Shown: positions 10,538-19,736, counted from the stretch's first letter. The stretch: DNA of 64,000 bases from Solirubrobacterales bacterium (GCA_035765335.1 DASTXV010000054.1:1260-65259); one strand, 5' to 3'. Notes: a model not told the origin generated them from the sequence alone. Numbers and translations are program-made.

Positions 10538-13500
10538 CTACTTCTTGCCCTTCTTCTTCTTGCCGCAGGAGACGATGTTCAGCTTCTGCCGGTTGTTGTT
10601 CTTCTTCTTGCCGTTCTGGCCCTTCATCTTCACGATCGCGCGCTGCGGCTTGGCGCAGGTGTTCTGTGAGTTGACGAGCAGGCTCTTTTTGCCGCCCTTC
10701 ATGTTGAGGACGAACTTGCTCACCGGCACGTCGGGGACCTTCCTGAAGACCGTCTTCAGGCCCCCGGTGCTGCCACTACTGATCACGCCGCGCAGGTGGA
10801 TGTCCACCTGGCCACGCAGATCGACCAGCAGGTCCGGCAACTCGTTGTTGGAGGAGACGAGGTACACCTTCCCCGCCAGCTTCTTGCTGAGCAACGGCGA
10901 CTTCGCCCATGCCTTCCCGTAGACCGAGGCCTTCGGGCACTGGTGGGCCGCCAGCTGCGGCCGGGTGCAGACGGTGCCGATGTGACCCTGTTCGAGGAAC
11001 AGGGAGCGCGGCATCGTCACCGCCGTGCGGGCCATGTTGGCATCGGCCTTACGCGCGGTCAGGGTCGCCTTCAGGCGCGGGTACTTGTTCCGCGTCGTGC
11101 CGCCGAAGAGCTGGATCTTCAGCTTCGGCTTGAAGGCGAGCTTGTTGCATTGGGTCGCCTGGAACGGGTCGCTGACGGCGTAGGAGCTGAACGCGGCCGG
11201 ATTGGTCGGGTCGGCACCTCCACCGTTGATCGTCCCCGCCGTCGCCTGCGCTTTGCAGTTCGTCGGGTTGAGCATGAACCCGCCACGGTCGACGTTGAGG
11301 TCGATCAAGCGGATATCGAGCTTCGCCCCGCCGAAGACGTCGGGGATGACATCCGAGACGGCTCGGATCTGGGCGGTTTCCGGGTTGACGTTCAGCGCCA
11401 CCCGGACGACCACGGTGCCGAGGTCGAACGGACCCGCCACTGCCGGGGTGATGGTCACCATCGACAGCGGTGCGCCTTTGTACGGGCCGGCGAGGTAGGC
11501 GATCCCGCTCAGCTGGAGCGGGTTAGACCCGGTGCCGGACTGGGTGGTCACTGTACCGATGTAGCTGTCACTCGAACAGCTCGGATTTGACTTCTCTGCC
11601 TGGCCGCTCTTGCCGATCGCCGCCGCGATGGCCGGCTCAGGGCAGTAGGGGATGCCGGCGAGTTTGCCGGTCAGGCCCTTCGGCAGGGTGACGTCGACCA
11701 CCTTCAGCTCCTGCTGGCCGTCGGTGCGCCCGATGCGGACGCGGAACGGCGAGTAGGCGCGGGCTTTGGTGCTGTTGGTCCTCGCGGTGTAAGACGGCGC
11801 GAACTTCCGCTCCGCCATCGTCGCCGGACAGGCACCGCCACCCGGGTCGCTCGAGAGCGTGACTTTCGATTTCGTTTTCACGTTCGTGTCGGGACGCGCC
11901 CACGGTTCGAACGTGCTTTCGCCTTCGGTCGAGCAGATCGGCGGGCTCGAGAGGACGTCTTTCGAGCCTTTGAGATGGAGCCTGATCTCCTCGAAGGGAA
12001 CCTGCGGCAGACCCACGGGCTGATCGGTGAACTGCCCTTGGAGGTCGTCGTAGATTTCCGCGGTCAGCTGACCGGTCGTTTTGTTGGCCTTGACCCGGCC
12101 GACGAGACGAGCGGCGATGCCCTCGTTCTCGTTCTTGGCTTCGATCAGGATCCGGTACAGGTCGCCCGATTCCGGATCGCTGCTCTTCTGTTCGCCGACG
12201 TAGACGTCGCCGGTGAGCAGTTCCGCCAGCGGCGGCGAGTCAACTTCGACCGTGCCGATCTTGGACTCGGCCGGGCACTCGTTCGTGTAGGTCCGCTCGC
12301 CCTTGTTGAACTGGGCGTCGGTGCAGGCGACAAGGCCCTGAGCCCCGGCGGGGTTCAAGCCCATGCCGGCCGGCATCTGGACTTCGGCTTTGCGAACGTG
12401 GGACTGCGAGATCCCTTCGGTGCCGCCATTCCTGACTTCCCCGCCTTCTTTCGCGGGATCGAAGGGCAACCTCGTCGTCACCGTCACCGGCGCCGGGGAA
12501 TCGACGGCGCTGGTGCCGGGGTTGACCTCAACCGTCGGATCGAACGGAACCAGGTCACACCCGGTCGCCTGCATGCCTTCCGGCAGTTTCGCCTCCCAGG
12601 GAGTGGAACCAGCCGGGAAGGTGGCGTTCGGTTCGCCCCAGGACTCCGCTCGGAACCAGGTCGAGTAGAGGGTCGGGAGCTGATCCGGATCGAAGCAGGT
12701 GGTCGGATTGGTGATGTAGGTGCCGTCACCGGCGGTCCCGGTTTTCTGGTTCCCCGCTTCCTGGCCGAAGTTCACCAAGCGGCTTTTCAGGGTCGAGAAC
12801 GGAACCGACGGTTCGGGGAGACGGATCGTGAAGCTCTCGTGGAAGTCGTTCTCCCACGCCACTTCGGTCTCCAGGAAGACAACTCGCTGGAAGGCGATCA
12901 CGAAACCGAAACGGGCGGGTTCGCCCGGCTCCGGCTCGATGTTGTAGACCGGGACTTTCGTTCCCTGGGCGGGATTCGGTTTGATCACGAACCCTTTCGG
13001 CAGGAAGGTTCCCGGCGGAGCGGGCGGCGGAGCAGGCACGGCGCCTGCGGTGTTGACCACGAGCCACACTTCCTCTTCGCCGACGATCGACCCGTCCGGA
13101 CAGTTGGGCACTTGCGCGAATTTGCCCGGTTCGGTTTCGACTTTGGTTTCGAACGCGGCCCTGGAGCACTTTTCCGTCGCCTGAGGGTTGACGGTCAGCC
13201 CCGGCGGTAGATCGACGCGCAGGGTCTTGATCGTCCGGTTGGCAATCGGCTCTTCGATCGGTTCAAGCGTCCCGAACGGAGTCGGGCCGACTACGTCATG
13301 CCGGACGATGTATTGCGTGAACCCGATCGGCGGGTGTCCGCCGGCCTGGGTGAAGAACAGGCCCGGCGTTTCCGCTGAGCAGAACTCTTTCGCCGGATCT
13401 TCTTCTTCACTGTTTTCGGTACAGGTCCCGGCTTGGAAGCCGTTTTCTTTCTCGAGCGGCTCTTCCTGAGACTCGACGATGTTGCCGGTGTCGGCCTGAG

Positions 13501-13567
13501 CCAGCACGGGCATCGCCATCAAGGCCCCGAGACACATGAGAAGCAGCGCAAGCGAGCGCTTTGCCAT
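10538..13567 (-). CDS. large secreted Cys-rich protein, paralog 1 of 3 (unknown family)
   Basis: ATG preceded by GGAGGG. Signal peptide MAKRSLALLLMCLGALMAMPVLAQA. Collinear conserved blocks with the two upstream ORFs. Ends CGKKKKGKK. Confidence 0.85.
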   Translation of the reverse strand: MAKRSLALLLMCLGALMAMPVLAQADTGNIVESQEEPLEKENGFQAGTCTENSEEEDPAKEFCSAETPGLFFTQAGGHPPIGFTQYIVRHDVVGPTPFGTLEPIEEPIANRTIKTLRVDLPPGLTVNPQATEKCSRAAFETKVETEPGKFAQVPNCPDGSIVGEEEVWLVVNTAGAVPAPPPAPPGTFLPKGFVIKPNPAQGTKVPVYNIEPEPGEPARFGFVIAFQRVVFLETEVAWENDFHESFTIRLPEPSVPFSTLKSRLVNFGQEAGNQKTGTAGDGTYITNPTTCFDPDQLPTLYSTWFRAESWGEPNATFPAGSTPWEAKLPEGMQATGCDLVPFDPTVEVNPGTSAVDSPAPVTVTTRLPFDPAKEGGEVRNGGTEGISQSHVRKAEVQMPAGMGLNPAGAQGLVACTDAQFNKGERTYTNECPAESKIGTVEVDSPPLAELLTGDVYVGEQKSSDPESGDLYRILIEAKNENEGIAARLVGRVKANKTTGQLTAEIYDDLQGQFTDQPVGLPQVPFEEIRLHLKGSKDVLSSPPICSTEGESTFEPWARPDTNVKTKSKVTLSSDPGGGACPATMAERKFAPSYTARTNSTKARAYSPFRVRIGRTDGQQELKVVDVTLPKGLTGKLAGIPYCPEPAIAAAIGKSGQAEKSNPSCSSDSYIGTVTTQSGTGSNPLQLSGIAYLAGPYKGAPLSMVTITPAVAGPFDLGTVVVRVALNVNPETAQIRAVSDVIPDVFGGAKLDIRLIDLNVDRGGFMLNPTNCKAQATAGTINGGGADPTNPAAFSSYAVSDPFQATQCNKLAFKPKLKIQLFGGTTRNKYPRLKATLTARKADANMARTAVTMPRSLFLEQGHIGTVCTRPQLAAHQCPKASVYGKAWAKSPLLSKKLAGKVYLVSSNNELPDLLVDLRGQVDIHLRGVISSGSTGGLKTVFRKVPDVPVSKFVLNMKGGKKSLLVNSQNTCAKPQRAIVKMKGQNGKKKNNNRQKLNIVSCGKKKKGKK

Positions 13568-13652
13568 TGATTCCCTCCTCGTTTTTACCTAACGAGGACG
13601 CCCCCTGAAGCGCCCATGAACTTCCCTCCCGCACTAATAAACATACAGGGCC

Positions 13653-13680
13653 GGGCGGGTCTTTCAAGTAATACCCGCCC
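13653..13680 (-). terminator. possible intrinsic terminator after paralog 2
   Basis: GGGCGGGT-N12-ACCCGCCC. On the minus strand it is followed by GGCCCTGTATGTTTATTAGT, which is only moderately T-rich. Confidence 0.4.
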
Positions 13681-13755
13681 TCACCACTGTGTAACCGTGT
13701 CACCGATTTGTGACATGACACTTTTCGGTGACTAGGTCACCCTGCTTGGGGAACC

Positions 13756-16692
13756 CTAGGTTCCCTTCTTCTTCCCGCAGGGAGTGCGCAGCTTCGGCTT
13801 GCTGTTCGCCCGCTTCCCGTTCTGGGCTTTGATCTTGATGATCGCTTTGACCGGCTTCGCGCAGAGGTTCACGGAGTTGACCAGGAGGCCCTTTTTGCCG
13901 CCGGGCAGAGTCATCACGAACTTGCTCACCGGGACGTCGGGGACTTTCCCGAAGGTGGTGCGGAGGCCGCCGCGGAAGCTGTCGATGCGGCCGACCAGAT
14001 CGATCGTCACCTGCCCCTCGAGGTGGGCGACCAGATCCGGCAGCGTGTTGTTGGAAGAGCGCAGATATACGGGCCCCTCCAACGGCTTGCCGAGCAGCGG
14101 CGTGAACGCCCGCGCCCGACCGTAGATCGACCGCTTCGGGCATTTGTCAGCGGCAAACTGGACCCGGGTGCAGACCGTGGCGAGGCTCGCCTGGTCGAGG
14201 AAGAGCGCCCGCGGCAGCGCCACCGAGGCCCGGCGGATGTTGGCGTCCTTGCCGCGCGCCCGCAGCACCGCGCGCAGTTTCGGGTGCTTGGCCCGCTGGG
14301 TCTTGCCGAAGAGGCGGATCTTCAGCTTCGGGCGGAATTTGAGCTTGCGGCAACCGCTCGCCTGGAAGGGCTCGGCGACTTTGAAGGGGGCGAATGCGTT
14401 CGGGTTCAGCGGGTTCGCGCCGCCGCCGTAGATCGCCCCCACCGTCTCACCTTTGCGGCAGTTGGTGCCGTTGAGGGTGAAGTCCTTGCGGTTGACGTTG
14501 AGGAAGATCGAGCGGATGTCGAGCTTGGTGCCGCCGAAGACGTCGGGGATCTCGTCGGTCTTCGGGTGGATCCGGGCCGTCTCCGAGGCGAGGAAGAGCG
14601 GCACCCGGACGACCACGTTGCCGAGGTCGAACGGACCGGCGATCGCCGGCGTCACGACGACGATCGAGAGCGGCGCTCCTTTGTGGCGGCCGGCGAGGTA
14701 GGCGTCGCCCTCGATCTCCAGGGGCGAGGGGCCGGTGCCGGCCTGCACTTTGGCGATCCCGATCTTGCTGCCGTCCGGGCAGCTGGCGTTTTTCCTCTCC
14801 GCCCGGCCGGAGCGCTCTTCGGCGCCGGCGATCGCTTTCGGCGGGCAGTAGGGAACGCCTTTCAGCTTCGCCGTCGCCCCCGGCGGCAGCAGGATGTCGA
14901 TCCCTTTCAGCTCCTGCTGTCCCGGCGGGCGGGTGATGTTGGTCGAGAACGGGGTGAAGGTCTTCGCCCGGTCGCTTTTCGGCTTGGCGTTGAAGCCGGG
15001 CGCGAAGGGGCGCTGGCCCATCGTTTTCGGGCAGGGCCCGCCACCGGGGAGCGAGGCGAGGTCGAATTTGCTCGAGGGAGTCGCCGGGCCTTTGCCGGAG
15101 AACTGCGCCGACCACGGGGTCAGCTGGGTGCTGGTGGTGTTCGGCCCGCAGGTCGGGGGGCTACTGAGAGCGGCTTTGGCGCCGTCGTCGATATCGATCT
15201 TGAAGCTGGTGAAGGGAACCTGCGGCAGCCCATTCGGCAGGTTGTCGGAGTTGCCGCCCCGCAGCACGTTCTTGGGCGGGTCGTCGAAGACCGCGGTCAG
15301 CTGCCCGGTCTTCGCGTTGGCGATGACGTTGCCGACCAGCCGCAGGTCGACGCCGTAGCGGTCGGAGAAGGCGTGGACGAGGATCCGGTACTCCTCCCCG
15401 GATTCCGGGTCGCGGCTCTTCTGCTCGCCGACGTAGACGTTGCCGGTCAGCGGCCCCTCCGGCAGCGGCGGCGTCGCCACCGTCACCGTCCCGACCTTCG
15501 AAGCCGGCGGGCAGGCGACCGGGTTGCGGGTCCCCTTGCCGAACTGGGCGTCGGTGCAGGCGGCGAGCCCGTTGGCAGCGGAGGGGTTGAGCCCCATCCC
15601 CTGCGGCAGCGTCACCCGCGCCGTCCTCATCGTCGAGGTTTCCTGGCCGGTGGCGCTCGGTTCGACCGGCAGCTTCACCTCGGTGACCGCCCCGGCGGGA
15701 GAGTCGACCTGTTTGGTTCCGGGATCGACCTCGATCGAGGGGTTGAAGGGGATCGAGGCGCAGTCTTTCGGGCTCGTCCCCGGCGGCAGCTTCGACTCGA
15801 CGAAGGGCGAGCCGTTGGGGAAGCTCGGGTCGGTGTTTTCGATCGAGTCGGCCCGCGCGTAGGTCGAGTAGGTGTGTTCGTGGGCGGGCTGCGTCGGGTC
15901 GAAGCAGGTGCTGGGGGCGCTGATGAAGTAGCCGACCCCCGGATCGACATGGGCGCGACCGTTGAAGATGAGCCGGTTCTGGAGCAGTTTCACGTCGGGG
16001 ACCTTGGGCACCTGGATCGTGAAGCCCTCGTGGAAGTCGGACTCCCAGGCGACGTCCGCCTCCAGGTAGATGTCGCTCGGCGGCAGCAGCGGCAGGTCCG
16101 GGACCGGTTCGACCGTGAAGCCGAAGCGGGCGGGCTGGCCCGGTTTCGGTTTCAGGTTGTAGACCGAGGCGGTGATCGGCACCGGCGGCAGCAGCGGCGC
16201 TTCCGGCGAGGCGAGGACGACGCTTTCGCCGACTTTGGTGTTCGGCGGGCAGTCCCGCGGCCGTTCCGCCTCGCACTGCGGGGTCGCGCCCGGGTTGACG
16301 CTGAGCCCGACCGGCAGGTCGACCCGCAGCGTCTTCATGTTCACTTCCGGCTCTTTGTGCGTGAGTTCCGTTTTGTGCCGGACGATGAACTGGGTAATCC
16401 CGAACGGCGGGTGGCCGGCGGCCGTTTCGTAGAACTCGACTTTCGGGCTGTCAGGAGCGCAGGTCGGCGTGTTGCAGGTCCCCGCCTGCCACCCGTCTTC
16501 GGAGTTCGGCGGGTTGTTCTGCGGCTCGAAGACGACTTCCCCGGCCTGCGCCGCGGGAGCGAGCAGGGCCGCAAAGACGGCCGCGAGCAAAATGGTCTGG
16601 ACGACTGGCTTCCTCACCTGCCAGGTCCGTACCCATCTCACCCAGGACTTAATCGCGACGGGCAGAGGGGGCGGGGTACCTCCTCCAGACAC
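13756..16692 (-). CDS. large secreted Cys-rich protein, paralog 2 of 3 (unknown family)
   Basis: Maximal ORF. The real start is probably an internal GTG (about 16617-16641) giving signal peptide VRKPVVQTILLAAVFAALLAPAAQA. Ends PCGKKKGT. Confidence 0.8.
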   Translation of the reverse strand: MSGGGTPPPLPVAIKSWVRWVRTWQVRKPVVQTILLAAVFAALLAPAAQAGEVVFEPQNNPPNSEDGWQAGTCNTPTCAPDSPKVEFYETAAGHPPFGITQFIVRHKTELTHKEPEVNMKTLRVDLPVGLSVNPGATPQCEAERPRDCPPNTKVGESVVLASPEAPLLPPVPITASVYNLKPKPGQPARFGFTVEPVPDLPLLPPSDIYLEADVAWESDFHEGFTIQVPKVPDVKLLQNRLIFNGRAHVDPGVGYFISAPSTCFDPTQPAHEHTYSTYARADSIENTDPSFPNGSPFVESKLPPGTSPKDCASIPFNPSIEVDPGTKQVDSPAGAVTEVKLPVEPSATGQETSTMRTARVTLPQGMGLNPSAANGLAACTDAQFGKGTRNPVACPPASKVGTVTVATPPLPEGPLTGNVYVGEQKSRDPESGEEYRILVHAFSDRYGVDLRLVGNVIANAKTGQLTAVFDDPPKNVLRGGNSDNLPNGLPQVPFTSFKIDIDDGAKAALSSPPTCGPNTTSTQLTPWSAQFSGKGPATPSSKFDLASLPGGGPCPKTMGQRPFAPGFNAKPKSDRAKTFTPFSTNITRPPGQQELKGIDILLPPGATAKLKGVPYCPPKAIAGAEERSGRAERKNASCPDGSKIGIAKVQAGTGPSPLEIEGDAYLAGRHKGAPLSIVVVTPAIAGPFDLGNVVVRVPLFLASETARIHPKTDEIPDVFGGTKLDIRSIFLNVNRKDFTLNGTNCRKGETVGAIYGGGANPLNPNAFAPFKVAEPFQASGCRKLKFRPKLKIRLFGKTQRAKHPKLRAVLRARGKDANIRRASVALPRALFLDQASLATVCTRVQFAADKCPKRSIYGRARAFTPLLGKPLEGPVYLRSSNNTLPDLVAHLEGQVTIDLVGRIDSFRGGLRTTFGKVPDVPVSKFVMTLPGGKKGLLVNSVNLCAKPVKAIIKIKAQNGKRANSKPKLRTPCGKKKGT

Positions 16693-16741
16693 TCAACATC
16701 GAGCCATAGCGAGATGTGTCTGGAGGGGGTGCCCCGCCCCC
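16667..16741. repeat. 75-bp hairpin with 25-bp arms between paralog 3 and paralog 2 (element C)
   Basis: GGGGGCGGGGTACCTCCTCCAGACA at 16667-16691 pairs with TGTCTGGAGGGGGTGCCCCGCCCCC at 16717-16741 at 23 of 25 positions. Confidence 0.75.
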
Positions 16742-16744
16742 TCC

Positions 16745-19639
16745 CTACCGCCGAGTCTTGGTCCGCTTGCCCGCTTTGCCCTTGCAGCCGGGCGTCCGCA
16801 GCGGCAGCTTCTTCACCCGCAGTTTCTTGCCGTTCTGAGCCTTGAACTTGAGGATCGAGTGGTTCTTGCGGCCGCAGAGGTTTTGCGAGTTGACCAGCAG
16901 GCCTTTCTTGCCGCCCTTCATCCGCAGCACGAACTTGCTCACCGGCACGTCGGGGACACTGGCGAAGACGGTCCGCATCCTTCGTTTCCGGGAGTCGATG
17001 ACGCCGCGGAGCCGCGCGTTCACCTGCCCCTTGAGGTCGGCCAGGAGGTCCGGCAGTTCGTTGTCGGATGAGGTCAGGTAGACGGGGCCGGCCACTTTCT
17101 CGTCCAGCAGCGGACTCTCGGCCCAGGCGTATCCATATATAGAGCGACGCGGGCAGGCCGAGGCGGCGAGCTGGACGCGGGTGCAGATCGTGCCGATGTG
17201 GCCCTGGTCGAGGAACTGGGAGCGCGGCAGCGTCAGCGCCGCCCGCTTGATGTTGGCGTCGCCTTTGCGGGCGACCAGCACCGCCTGGAAGGCCGGGTGC
17301 CCGTTGCGCCGCATTTTCTTGCGGTTGCCGATCAGCTTCGTGAACAGCTTCGGGCGGAATTTCAGCGCCCCGCAATCGCTCGCCCGGAAGGGGGCGTTGA
17401 CGCCGAAGGCGCTGAAGGCGGCCGGGTTGTTGGGGTCACCGCCGCCGCCGTTGAGGGCGCCGGTGGTGGCGAGGGGCTCGCAGCTGGTCGGGTTGAGGGT
17501 GAAATCGGGTCGGTCCATCTTCAGGTCGACCGAGCGGACGCTGAGCAGGGTGCCGCCGAAGACGTGCGGGATCGGGTCGGAGAGAGCCCGGATCTGCGCC
17601 GTCTCGGGATCGACGAACAGGGCCACCCTCACCACGACCGTGCCGAGATCAAACGGCCCGGCCGTGGCGGGGGTGACCACTGCCAGGGAGAGAGGGGCCC
17701 CGTTGTAGGGGCCTGAGAGGAAGACCTTGCCATCGATGCTAAGCGGGGCGGAGCCGGTGCCGGCGGCGACGGTGGCGCTGCCGACCTGGCTGGCGGCGGG
17801 ACAGCTGGAGCTCGCTTTCTCCTCCTCGCCGGACCTACCGGCCGCGGCGGCGAGCGCCTCCTCCGGGCAGTAGGGGATGCCGCGCAGGCTGCCGGTCATC
17901 CCCGGCGGCAGGACGATGTCCGTCCCTTTCAGCTCCTGCTGGCCGTCGCCGCGGTTGATCTGGATCGAGAGGGGGCTGAAGGCGCCGGCTTTCGAGCTCG
18001 CGGGCGCGGCCCCGAAGGCGGGCGAGAACGGACGCTCGGCCATCGTTTTCGGGCACGGGCCGCCGCCCGGGAGGCTGGCGAGCGTGAACTCGCCGCCGGG
18101 GGTGGCGGGCGCGTTGCCCGACCACGGCGTCATCACGGCGCCGCTCTGATTGGGTCCGCAGGTCGGCGGGCTGCTGAGAGCCGCCTGCGCCCCGCCGTCC
18201 AGCTTCACCTCGAAGCTCTCGACTTGGGACTGCGGCGTGTCGGAGATGGTGGTGGTCAACTGACCCGTCTGCGGATCGGCGCTGACCTTGCCGATCAGGC
18301 GGACGTCGATCCCGTAGCGAGGCGACACCGCGTTGATGAAGATCCGGTACAGGTCCCCGGAGAGGGGGTCGCGGCTGAGCTGCTTGCCGACGTAGACGGG
18401 TCCCTTGAGCGCCGGGCCTTCTTCGTTCTCTTCCGGCAGCGCCGGGGAGTCGATGACCACCGAGCCGACCCGCGAATCCTCCGGGCAGGCGACCGGGTTC
18501 CTCGTGCCCTTGCCGAACTGCTCGTCGGTGCAGACCTGCAGGCCGTTGGCGGCCGAGGGGTTGAGGCCCATCCCCAGCGGCAGCGTCACCTTCGATTCCC
18601 TCGTCGTCGAAGTCTGCTGTTCGCTCTCCGCCAGGGTCAGGTGCGGAATGTCGATGTCGACCGTTGCCCCGGCCGGCGAGTTCACCTCCGCGGTGCCGGG
18701 CTCGACGGCGAGCGAGGGGTCGTAGGGAATCGAGTCGCATTCTTTGGGCGAGGTGCCCGGGGGGATGGGCGATTCGAGCGGCGGTTCGGCGCTCTGCGGC
18801 CAGACGTAGTCCTCGTAGGGCGCTTTCTGTTCGAGCTGCGGGTAGGAAGCGGCGAGCAGGTAGGTGGAGTAGACACTGCCGGATTCGGTGAAGGCTTCGC
18901 CGAGGCAGGTGCTGGGGGTGGTGATGAAGGTGCCGTCCCCGGCGCGGCCGTTGAAGACCAGGCGGTTTTTGAGGACGAACCCTTCGAGGGCGGCGGGCAG
19001 CACTTTGGGGACCTCAATCGTGAAGCCCTCGTGGTAGTTGCCGGACCAGTCGGCGTCTCCCTCCAGGTAGACGTTGTTGTCCGCGAGCCTGAGTCCGAAC
19101 CGCGCGCTCTCCCCTTCGACCGGAACGACGTTGTAGACCTCGGCGTGGAGGGGAGCCGACCCCCCGAGCAGCGGGTCGCCGGCGGTGACGTAGCTGTCGC
19201 CGACGTGAGATCCCGGCGGGCAGGTGGTGGGGTCGGCCTCGAAGGTGGCGAGCGGGCAGCGCGGGGTCGCGCCCGGGTTGACGTTGAGGCCGACCGGCAG
19301 GTCGACCCGGACCCGGGCCAGTTCCGCTTCCGGTTTCGGCCCCAGGGTGCCGTCGCTGTGCTTGACGATGAACTGGGTGAAGCCCCAGTGGGGGTGGCCG
19401 GCGGCCTGTTCGAAGAACCATTCCGGCGTTTCAACCGAGCAGACTTCCGCCCCCGGCGCCCCCGGGTTGGGGGCTTCGGTGTCGCAGGTCCCCGCCTGCC
19501 AGCCGGAGTCGACTTTGGGGTTATGCGGATCGCTGGGGGCAATGATTTCTTCGGTGCCGCCGGCGAACGCCGTCGATGCCAGCCCGAGCACGAGCGCTGC
19601 GCATAGAGAAAGAACCGAGCCGATAAGTCGTCCCCGCAT
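16745..19639 (-). CDS. large secreted Cys-rich protein, paralog 3 of 3 (unknown family)
   Basis: ATG at 19639 is preceded by TAGGAGGAG. The ORF track's 19666 start lacks an SD. Signal peptide MRGRLIGSVLSLCAALVLGLASTAFA. Ends GCKGKAGKRTKTRR. Confidence 0.85.
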   Translation of the reverse strand: MRGRLIGSVLSLCAALVLGLASTAFAGGTEEIIAPSDPHNPKVDSGWQAGTCDTEAPNPGAPGAEVCSVETPEWFFEQAAGHPHWGFTQFIVKHSDGTLGPKPEAELARVRVDLPVGLNVNPGATPRCPLATFEADPTTCPPGSHVGDSYVTAGDPLLGGSAPLHAEVYNVVPVEGESARFGLRLADNNVYLEGDADWSGNYHEGFTIEVPKVLPAALEGFVLKNRLVFNGRAGDGTFITTPSTCLGEAFTESGSVYSTYLLAASYPQLEQKAPYEDYVWPQSAEPPLESPIPPGTSPKECDSIPYDPSLAVEPGTAEVNSPAGATVDIDIPHLTLAESEQQTSTTRESKVTLPLGMGLNPSAANGLQVCTDEQFGKGTRNPVACPEDSRVGSVVIDSPALPEENEEGPALKGPVYVGKQLSRDPLSGDLYRIFINAVSPRYGIDVRLIGKVSADPQTGQLTTTISDTPQSQVESFEVKLDGGAQAALSSPPTCGPNQSGAVMTPWSGNAPATPGGEFTLASLPGGGPCPKTMAERPFSPAFGAAPASSKAGAFSPLSIQINRGDGQQELKGTDIVLPPGMTGSLRGIPYCPEEALAAAAGRSGEEEKASSSCPAASQVGSATVAAGTGSAPLSIDGKVFLSGPYNGAPLSLAVVTPATAGPFDLGTVVVRVALFVDPETAQIRALSDPIPHVFGGTLLSVRSVDLKMDRPDFTLNPTSCEPLATTGALNGGGGDPNNPAAFSAFGVNAPFRASDCGALKFRPKLFTKLIGNRKKMRRNGHPAFQAVLVARKGDANIKRAALTLPRSQFLDQGHIGTICTRVQLAASACPRRSIYGYAWAESPLLDEKVAGPVYLTSSDNELPDLLADLKGQVNARLRGVIDSRKRRMRTVFASVPDVPVSKFVLRMKGGKKGLLVNSQNLCGRKNHSILKFKAQNGKKLRVKKLPLRTPGCKGKAGKRTKTRR

Positions 19640-19701
19640 TGAATTTCTCCTCCTAAAACTTCCCATTAAGCATTCTCGACGAATAACCTACCCGAAAATC
19701 A

Positions 19702-19730
19702 TGACTTGAGTCAATAATTTTGGGTAATAT
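19702..19730 (+). promoter_or_regulatory. putative operator palindrome and -10 box in the divergent paralog-3/ArsR intergenic region
   Basis: TGACT-TG-AGTCA at 19702-19713. TAATAT at 19725-19730 lies only 6 nt before the ArsR ATG, suggesting a leaderless transcript. Confidence 0.3.
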
Positions 19731-19736
19731 GGCGCC

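Noticed and set aside
16667-16741. Calling the long G/C hairpins (16.7 kb, 33.7 kb, 8.2 kb) canonical intrinsic terminators
   Set aside because: None is followed by a U-tract on the transcribed strand, and their arms (20-25 bp) are much longer than typical terminators. They are kept as repeats of unknown function.
10796-19606. Plus-strand ORFs of 264-940 aa antisense to the three paralog genes (for example 14023..16845, 18224..19606, 11975..13210)
   Set aside because: Arg/Gly/Asp-rich antisense shadows without signal peptides or motifs. The minus-strand frames carry signal peptides and mutually conserved blocks.
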